In this document: piece by piece, positions 57,947 through 64,000 of the stretch
Layout: each line of letters begins with the position of its first letter
How positions within the stretch are numbered: the stretch's first letter is position 1
From: Candidatus Dojkabacteria bacterium
Lineage (GTDB): Bacteria > Patescibacteriota > Dojkabacteria > JAFGLO01
Reading direction: 5' to 3'
DNA: 64,000 nt
NCBI GenBank assembly: GCA_016927995.1
Contig: JAFGLO010000011.1
Location: 391-64,390, forward strand
Position numbers and translations under genes: made by a program
The notes under the pieces: model-generated
What the model saw: only the letters and a program-made list of their open reading frames with translations
Told to the model about the DNA's origin: nothing
Database searches by the model: none

Positions 57947-59804
57947 ACTTAGGGGTTTTACTATTTCACTGCTTTGTTACTTCACTATTTCACTGTTTAC
58001 CACTCCTGTCTTTGCCTCGTCGGGAATTCAAAAGCAAATGAGTATAACCGTTGATGTTAAAGAAGCCGGCGATATAAATATTTCCATGCAAACATCATTC
58101 TTTATTACGGAAGGAGTATCATTGCTTCGTGAATATAACTTGGCGTTTACAGAAAAAACATTTACTAATTTTGCCGCAGTGTCAGCCGGAGGGGAAGCAC
58201 TTGACTATTCAATAAAAGAAAACGACGACAACACATTGATAACAATCAGCCTTCCGAATATTCGATTAAATCCAGGCGGAAGTTATGCAATTAACGTCTC
58301 TTATACGGTTCCTGCGGGGCTTGAGTCAATTGGAGGTATATATAAATTATTGGTCCCAGTATTTAATACAGAGAACACAACAATAACATCTGTACTTGTT
58401 AGGTATCCTTCAAACATTGGAAATCTACTTTATTGTTCTACAGAATGTACAACCACAAATACAAACGAACTAACAGAAGTCTACTTAAATAACATCAAGT
58501 CAACAAATCCATTTATTCTTATTGGAAGTTCTCAGATATACACACTAAACCTTGTTATGGACGTTGAAAATAATTCGGCTCAGGTAAACAATCTAAATAC
58601 CTATATTCCAATAGAAAGCTGTACCCAGAAAAATATTGTAAACTTTTTTGCGCCGACACCAAGTTCAATTAGTACAGATATATATGAAAATAATAAGCTA
58701 AATGTTGTTTTAAATCCTTACTCGAAACAGATTATTCAATACAGTGGACAGGTACAACTTACTAGCAGTGTATCAAAATGTAAAGTGCCAACGGTTGCAG
58801 CACTTGATATCGAAGAGTTAACAAGATTAAGATTACTCCTGGAAACGTATTTTCCGAATTCAGATACTTCATTAGATCTAATTCAAAAATTTTACCAAAA
58901 GATTATATCGGAGGGCGAAATCAACGCTCAAACAGGACTAGAGAAAGATCCCGGCACAAATATTGAATTATTCTTAAAAGACGAACTACATATTTTTACT
59001 CAGCGGGAGCTTTTGGAAATGCTGCTTTTCGTATACTCTGCATTTGATTATCCTGCCTATATTTCTTATGGTTTTTTGTATCCTTACTATGTTTCGGAGC
59101 CTATTGGCGTAAACTATTCCTGGCTTACAGTATATGTAACCGATATTCCCAAAGTTGTCGATCCTTTCATGGAAATCCAAAGCGGGATCTCCGGTTTCGA
59201 CGTCAATTTGTTAGATAGAATTGTAATTTATAATACTCAACAATTATACGACCAAAGTTATTCCTGGAGAAATCTTGAGACAAATTTTGTTTCTATTGGC
59301 TACCAAAACTTTACAACAAATTCTAACTTGTACCTTACTGTAAACTTTCCTGAATCCGTACAAGCCGGTGTTTCACATACGGCAACATTGTCCGTCCGAA
59401 ATAATGGAAATACACTATTTAAGAATCTAGAGATATCAATCTTGTCTACAGAAGGACTATTATTTGAATTTTCAGATGATACGAATGTTATTCCATTACT
59501 TTTTCCGGGTCAAAGTATTACAATTCCGATAACAATTAATTCAACTAAAGGAACATTTTCTAAACTTCACGAAGTACTTGTAACATACACTGCCGATGAT
59601 TTTACCGGTCAAACACACACATACAGCATACTTGTCGAACAAAAACCAATAAATATTCTAATTGCTATACTTGTCACCGCGTGCATAGGCAGTGCGGGTG
59701 TTCTTGTTTTTGAAAGGGTGGTAAAATATTTTAATAAGAATAAAGGGGAAAAAACACAAACCCCTTACGACCCATTACTTGGATTTGGTTCAAAAAATGA
59801 TTAA
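57939..59804 (+). CDS. Secreted hypothetical protein with signal peptide and C-terminal TM anchor
   Basis: The signal peptide is MSLLRGFTISLLCYFTISLFTTPVFASSG. The C-terminal TM is NILIAILVTACIGSAGVLVF. The start is chosen after the tandem repeats. The ORF-track start at 57801 would translate the repeats. Confidence 0.5.
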   Translation: MSLLRGFTISLLCYFTISLFTTPVFASSGIQKQMSITVDVKEAGDINISMQTSFFITEGVSLLREYNLAFTEKTFTNFAAVSAGGEALDYSIKENDDNTLITISLPNIRLNPGGSYAINVSYTVPAGLESIGGIYKLLVPVFNTENTTITSVLVRYPSNIGNLLYCSTECTTTNTNELTEVYLNNIKSTNPFILIGSSQIYTLNLVMDVENNSAQVNNLNTYIPIESCTQKNIVNFFAPTPSSISTDIYENNKLNVVLNPYSKQIIQYSGQVQLTSSVSKCKVPTVAALDIEELTRLRLLLETYFPNSDTSLDLIQKFYQKIISEGEINAQTGLEKDPGTNIELFLKDELHIFTQRELLEMLLFVYSAFDYPAYISYGFLYPYYVSEPIGVNYSWLTVYVTDIPKVVDPFMEIQSGISGFDVNLLDRIVIYNTQQLYDQSYSWRNLETNFVSIGYQNFTTNSNLYLTVNFPESVQAGVSHTATLSVRNNGNTLFKNLEISILSTEGLLFEFSDDTNVIPLLFPGQSITIPITINSTKGTFSKLHEVLVTYTADDFTGQTHTYSILVEQKPINILIAILVTACIGSAGVLVFERVVKYFNKNKGEKTQTPYDPLLGFGSKND

Positions 59805-60543
59805 ACAAAAAAAAAGGGGCCTGATTGCTAAATTGTTAACTTGCTTAATTGCTTTTTTACTAACTTGCTTAATTGTCAACCCTATAGCACCGTTTTTTCA
59901 GACACCTTGCGTATTTGCGGAATCAAAGGACACCATAGATGAGAATCAAGAAGTTACCTACGTTGACACGGCACATGGACACATCGAAATCTCAGCCGTT
60001 GTTAAAACCCAGTCGCCTGTAAACAAATCAATTCCTGTCGAGGTCACCTATACTTCAAAAATCAGTGGAATTAAAGGATATTTAACAGTGTCGGATTATT
60101 CCGGACTTACCCCGAAAAATGACAAAATCTGGGTTCCGATAGAAAAAGATAAAACCTATAAAAAGACAATTCAATTACAACCAAAACGCGAAGGATCATA
60201 CGATGTTACTGTTGATATCATTATCTTCGGATATGATGTAAATTATGGCGACAGTACAACGATTACTGTTACACTCAATAAAAACCTTGTAGTCCGGGAA
60301 ACCGCTTCAACGTTTCTTTTGTACCAAATTCTTATGTATTTAGCGATTGTATTTGTTATAGTGCTTGTGGTAATCGGCATACGAAAATACGGAAAGAAAG
60401 TGTTTTCCACTATACGTAACTGGGTATTAAACGATCCTCGCTATAAAGATGTCACAAATAGAGAGGAAATAGAATCATTTTATAAAAAACTTCATGAAAA
60501 AGGAGACAGTAGTCAAGACACAGAGCAAACAAAATCCGAGTAA
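59779..60543 (+). CDS. Hypothetical membrane protein (signal/TM at N-terminus, one TM near the C-terminus)
   Basis: Judged from hydrophobicity only. It overlaps the upstream gene by 26 nt. Confidence 0.4.
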   Translation: MDLVQKMIKQKKRGLIAKLLTCLIAFLLTCLIVNPIAPFFQTPCVFAESKDTIDENQEVTYVDTAHGHIEISAVVKTQSPVNKSIPVEVTYTSKISGIKGYLTVSDYSGLTPKNDKIWVPIEKDKTYKKTIQLQPKREGSYDVTVDIIIFGYDVNYGDSTTITVTLNKNLVVRETASTFLLYQILMYLAIVFVIVLVVIGIRKYGKKVFSTIRNWVLNDPRYKDVTNREEIESFYKKLHEKGDSSQDTEQTKSE

Positions 60544-61426
60544 ACGGCAAACTCCAACCAAAGAACCTAAAAAGCCACTTACAAAAGCTCAAAAGCAAAA
60601 AATAGTCAAAACCATTCTTATTGTGTTTTGGGTTTTAATAATTGGACTTTTAGCCATCGTGATTTACATGATTTCTACCGATAAAGATGCATTTTTAATA
60701 GCAATTCCGGGGCTCTACGATACAAAAGAATACAATACGCTTACCAAGGATCGAAACCAAATTACACAAGAAAATGATACATTAAAATACAGAAACAACG
60801 AGCTTTCACAATTAATATCTGCCGGAACCGAGAACGACTTTGAAGTATTATACGAACGACTTGATGAGTATATAAATAACACCCTAACTATCGATGAAAA
60901 CCTTTCCAAAATTGTTGAGATCGACCAGAACCTTATCTCACTAAAACTTCCATCCAATATGCTGGAAACACTTAACAGTACGTATTTGGCAGACAAAGCT
61001 GTTTATGATTCCTTGCAAAATCATTATGAACTATTATATGCCAAGCTGGACTACTTTAATCTTAGACGACTAGAAGGTAGATTTGATAATTGTATTTCCG
61101 GAATAGACTTTTCTCTGTCAGATTTAGAAATCTCGAGACAAATGATTAACTGTACAAGCCTTTTAGATGAACTTGCAACAGCACTCTTGGTTGCAGAAGA
61201 AACATATATGGTAAAGTTTGTAAACATTGGTCAGTATGTAACAATATCAAAAGAAACGGCAGTAGCATATGCCAACTTTTATGAGGCAGTTGCTCAGGAA
61301 AACTATACACAGAGTCAGCAATATGATCAAATATACAACGAAAAGGAAGAACAGCTAAGAAATCTTGATATAACGACTGTTTGGTTTGAATACAAGGTAC
61401 TTGTATTGGATCCGTTTGACGAGTAA
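60494..61426 (+). CDS. Hypothetical membrane-anchored coiled-coil protein
   Basis: A K-rich N-terminus and a TM (ILIVFWVLIIGLLAIVIYMI) are followed by a coiled-coil-like region. Confidence 0.4.
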   Translation: MKKETVVKTQSKQNPSKRQTPTKEPKKPLTKAQKQKIVKTILIVFWVLIIGLLAIVIYMISTDKDAFLIAIPGLYDTKEYNTLTKDRNQITQENDTLKYRNNELSQLISAGTENDFEVLYERLDEYINNTLTIDENLSKIVEIDQNLISLKLPSNMLETLNSTYLADKAVYDSLQNHYELLYAKLDYFNLRRLEGRFDNCISGIDFSLSDLEISRQMINCTSLLDELATALLVAEETYMVKFVNIGQYVTISKETAVAYANFYEAVAQENYTQSQQYDQIYNEKEEQLRNLDITTVWFEYKVLVLDPFDE

Positions 61427-61456
61427 TAAGAAATCCTTCGGAATTCTATGACAGGA

Positions 61457-61759
61457 TTACTTTAGAACCTGCTTTATATCCTTTAAGTCTGTTATCAGCT
61501 CGGACAACCGTTGTTCAATTATTAAAAGCCTTGCAAATGCAGTGTTGTTTTTCTCAACTGATACGAAATATTCCATTGGATATTTTACGGCCTTTGATAT
61601 AAGTATGAGTGTCTGTATGGACGGATATGCGACGCCACGTTCATAATTACTTATACTTTTTGTATCTACACCAACAAGTAAAGCCAGTTCATTTTGTGTT
61701 AAATTACGCATCTCTCGCGCAGCCTTTACCCTTAAGCCGAGGAGTTGTTTTGTGATCAA
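61457..61759 (-). CDS. XRE-family HTH transcriptional regulator
   Basis: The classic Cro/C1 HTH is LTQNELALLVGVDTKSISNYERG. Confidence 0.7.
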   Translation of the reverse strand: MITKQLLGLRVKAAREMRNLTQNELALLVGVDTKSISNYERGVAYPSIQTLILISKAVKYPMEYFVSVEKNNTAFARLLIIEQRLSELITDLKDIKQVLK

Positions 61760-61777
61760 CAGATTGTCCTGCTAAAC

Positions 61778-62578
61778 TTAAAAATTGAAAAGCGATTTAA
61801 TAAAGTCGATAATTCCCTGAATTAATGATTCGTTTTTAATGGAAGACGGATGATTACTGGTATCAATTGTAGCCTGTGATGTCATTACTGTAGGTACTTC
61901 GGCCTGGGTTGTATCTTGCAATACAGTTGTAGTAGGAGTAATTCTCAGTCCCTGAATATATCTGTTTTTCTCGTCGAGCATCTCCTGGAGCTTTTTAAAC
62001 TCATCAATATGATCACGAATTTTCGCCTCATACATTTTATTTTTGGCAAGCGTGGAATCATATAATTCCTTAATTTTCTGAAACTCCCTACCTTTTTGAA
62101 CAAGATCGTTATGTTCATTTGTTTGAGTTAGCTTTCTGCGCATGGTATCTTCATCAACAATTCCATACTTATGATAGTTTATGTCTTTTGTTTCGGCCTC
62201 TCTACCCAAAACTTCCAGATACATTTTTTTAATCACGTCAACCTTTTCATCCATAGTCATGGGCTTGTTCTGCTGAACAGAAGCTCCGTTATTTTGCCAA
62301 GGGGTATTACTCATTGGTGAAACTCCCCAGTCCGGATTTCCATATATCGGCTGCGGATTATTATAAGGACCTAGATTCGAGGTATTTAAAGGCTGCTGAG
62401 TTTGTGGAACACTTGATTGTGATGGCTGTACATTCCCTGAAATATTTACGTGCGTTTGAGGTATCGGTGTTGTTAAATTTGATCCTACAGCCTTTGTAGT
62501 GGCAGATTTGGCGGAATTATCGTCGGTCTTAAGATTTATCTGTCCGCTTGCAATTTTTTTTCTGTCGTTTGTAGCCAT
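61778..62578 (-). CDS. Hypothetical protein (Q/N/P-rich N-terminal half, coiled-coil C-terminal half)
   Basis: It is a 266-aa ORF, presumably co-transcribed with the XRE regulator. Confidence 0.4.
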   Translation of the reverse strand: MATNDRKKIASGQINLKTDDNSAKSATTKAVGSNLTTPIPQTHVNISGNVQPSQSSVPQTQQPLNTSNLGPYNNPQPIYGNPDWGVSPMSNTPWQNNGASVQQNKPMTMDEKVDVIKKMYLEVLGREAETKDINYHKYGIVDEDTMRRKLTQTNEHNDLVQKGREFQKIKELYDSTLAKNKMYEAKIRDHIDEFKKLQEMLDEKNRYIQGLRITPTTTVLQDTTQAEVPTVMTSQATIDTSNHPSSIKNESLIQGIIDFIKSLFNF

Positions 62579-62603
62579 ACTATATTATAACAGGAAACAT
62601 GAT

Positions 62604-63791
62604 TTACGTTAACTGGTATTTCTCAACGATATTCTTTGCCATTTTATATGCAGCATCAACCGGAAACATATTTCGTAAGAGTTCATCGGATGGTAGATCA
62701 AGCTTTAGTGCTTCATCAATCGCCATGAAAAATGTCGTTAATGTGAGATTATCTTCATCAAGAATTTTGGCAAGCCCTATATCACTTAGTATCTTAGCAT
62801 TCTTATACTGCTCATTATGCGTTACCCATTTTATAGGGATAATTATTGATCGTTTTTTTAATGCACCAAACTCTGTTACCGAACCTGCACCTCCACGGGA
62901 GACAACAACATCACTATTTGCGTATACATAGCCTATCTCGTCAAAAATCATGTCGGTTACCAAAATTCTCCGTTGTAATTTTATAGGAAGCTTTAAAATT
63001 TTCTTTTTAATTGAAATCATGTCTGCATAACAAATCTCGTTACTTCCTGTTTGTAGAATAACTCGATATTTTTCGAGTAAAGGTTTGAGATTATTAGTTA
63101 CAAATTGGTTAAACATATGAGAACCTTGACCACCACCTGTTATATAAACTAGTGGGAGTTCGGGTTGTCGGCTTGATAGTCTTTTGAGTGGGTTAGTTAA
63201 TTCGGATAATGGAAGTCTGTCGGAGAAAATAACTGTCCGAAGAGGGTTCCCAACGTGAGTTGCTTTTGATTCGTCAAAATATTGGATTGAACTTCTAAAA
63301 TTTACAAATATCTCCTTTGCGAATTTTGCTACAACGTTGTTTGTAAGCCCAATTGCGGCTGTTTGCTCATGTAAAATTATGGGAATTCCAAAAAATTTTG
63401 CGACTATACATACTGGAAGTGTCACATAACCTCCAAAAGAAACAATTAATTTGGGTTTTACTTTTAGAAATAGTTTGAATGAATCAATAAAACCGCCAAT
63501 AGTTGAAAACAACAGCCCTATACTTTGTAATGAAAAACTGCGCTGAAGCTTGCCCGATCGTATTACTAAAAAGGGAATGTCCGTTTTGCTAACCATTTTT
63601 TGCTCTACACTACCCGATATTCTATCGCCTCCTGCGGTTAGATTACTCCCTACAAATAACATTTTCTCTACTTTTGCACCAAGCTTTTTAAGCTCGTCGA
63701 TTACGGCTAAAGCTACTGTTACATGCCCACCCGAACCTCCTGCGGTTATTAATATTTCGGGTTTATCTAGGGTTGAGAAATCAACATCCAT
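62604..63791 (-). CDS. murG: Undecaprenyldiphospho-muramoylpentapeptide beta-N-acetylglucosaminyltransferase
   Basis: The GT28 N-terminus is ILITAGGSGGHVTVALAV. The C-terminal domain has the GGQGS..N motif (YITGGGQGSHMFNQ). Confidence 0.85.
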   Translation of the reverse strand: MDVDFSTLDKPEILITAGGSGGHVTVALAVIDELKKLGAKVEKMLFVGSNLTAGGDRISGSVEQKMVSKTDIPFLVIRSGKLQRSFSLQSIGLLFSTIGGFIDSFKLFLKVKPKLIVSFGGYVTLPVCIVAKFFGIPIILHEQTAAIGLTNNVVAKFAKEIFVNFRSSIQYFDESKATHVGNPLRTVIFSDRLPLSELTNPLKRLSSRQPELPLVYITGGGQGSHMFNQFVTNNLKPLLEKYRVILQTGSNEICYADMISIKKKILKLPIKLQRRILVTDMIFDEIGYVYANSDVVVSRGGAGSVTEFGALKKRSIIIPIKWVTHNEQYKNAKILSDIGLAKILDEDNLTLTTFFMAIDEALKLDLPSDELLRNMFPVDAAYKMAKNIVEKYQLT

Positions 63792-64000
63792 TTTTTATCT
63801 AACCTCCTATAAGTATTATATCGAAATATAAGGACTATGACCAGTAAACATCTGGGAGCAAACTGCCCAGGAGCAGGGCTAACCGCTAAGCCCTGAACTT
63901 TTGCTTGCAAAAGAAATATCTCGACGGCAGTCGAGAGGAAGAAGAAACGGAACCTCCACACAATCAAAAGAGGATCAAGACAAAAATGCCCAGGAGCAGG

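Noticed and set aside
63767-63967. 66-aa minus-strand ORF at the window end
   Set aside because: It lies in the GC-rich, hairpin-dense segment that looks like structured RNA, and there is no RBS or coding context.
1-64000. Search for rRNA, integrase/transposase, CRISPR-Cas and phage structural genes
   Set aside because: None was recognisable. The islands therefore look like integrase-less remnants or cassette arrays rather than intact mobile elements.

Overview
This is a low-GC bacterial window, roughly mid-30s % GC by eye. I found no rRNA, integrase, transposase or CRISPR array. The gene content suggests a reduced-genome organism, possibly CPR/Patescibacteria-like, but that is inference only. 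The evidence for it is many small secreted or membrane hypothetical proteins, giant surface proteins, a fused Trx-CcdA, pheS and pheT lying 40 kb apart, and very little metabolism.

Core genes recognised from the translations are rplS (partial, at the window start), an ABC exporter, gpmI, a ClpC-like chaperone with an extra N-terminal zinc ribbon, pheT, pepF, pcm, rnhB, pheS and murG. There is also an ECF sigma operon and an ArsR-thioredoxin-CcdA redox operon. Four tRNAs are called by hand: Asp-GTC, Ile-GAT, Leu-TAG and Thr-CGT.

Three accessory patches stand out.

1. 27.3-40.9 kb, ending at tRNA-Asp. It holds two divergent AbiEi/AbiEii type IV toxin-antitoxin pairs around a DUF1232 gene, plus a decayed second copy of that gene. 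It also holds a NUDIX hydrolase, three Ldh_2-family paralogs (one frameshifted), two cupin-like paralogs (one with an internal deletion), a RhuM-family gene and a DmpA/S58 peptidase. Four single-gene cassettes there are separated by ~100-bp repeats that look like the 3' half of tRNA-Asp. I read these as att remnants of serial integrations.

2. 42-49 kb, between tRNA-Ile and tRNA-Leu. It contains a GC-richer cluster of hypothetical genes and a 287-aa protein with only the H-cluster domain of an [FeFe]-hydrogenase. That protein carries all three H-cluster motifs but has SPCP in place of SCCP. There is also a Fic-like protein with a degenerate active-site motif.

3. 52.1-53.7 kb, next to tRNA-Thr. 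It is a three-unit tandem array of NYN/LabA-like nuclease genes, the middle one truncated. Each unit carries, on the opposite strand at the gene's 3' end, a sigma70-like promoter followed within ~20 nt by a hairpin and a T-run. That is a candidate antisense small RNA in a type I-like toxin-antitoxin arrangement and is my strongest novelty candidate.

There are also several unexplained repeat structures:
- a hairpin plus 28-bp tandem array at 358-471;
- a 31-bp perfect inverted repeat at 4683-4828;
- a 22-bp motif (tgtccgcctctggcggaagcta) followed by a copy of the tRNA 5' end, upstream of both tRNA-Ile and tRNA-Thr;
- 39-bp tandem repeats spanning a start codon at 57.9 kb;
- a GC-rich, structured-looking segment at the window end.

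All functional calls come from motif recognition by eye. No database search was run.
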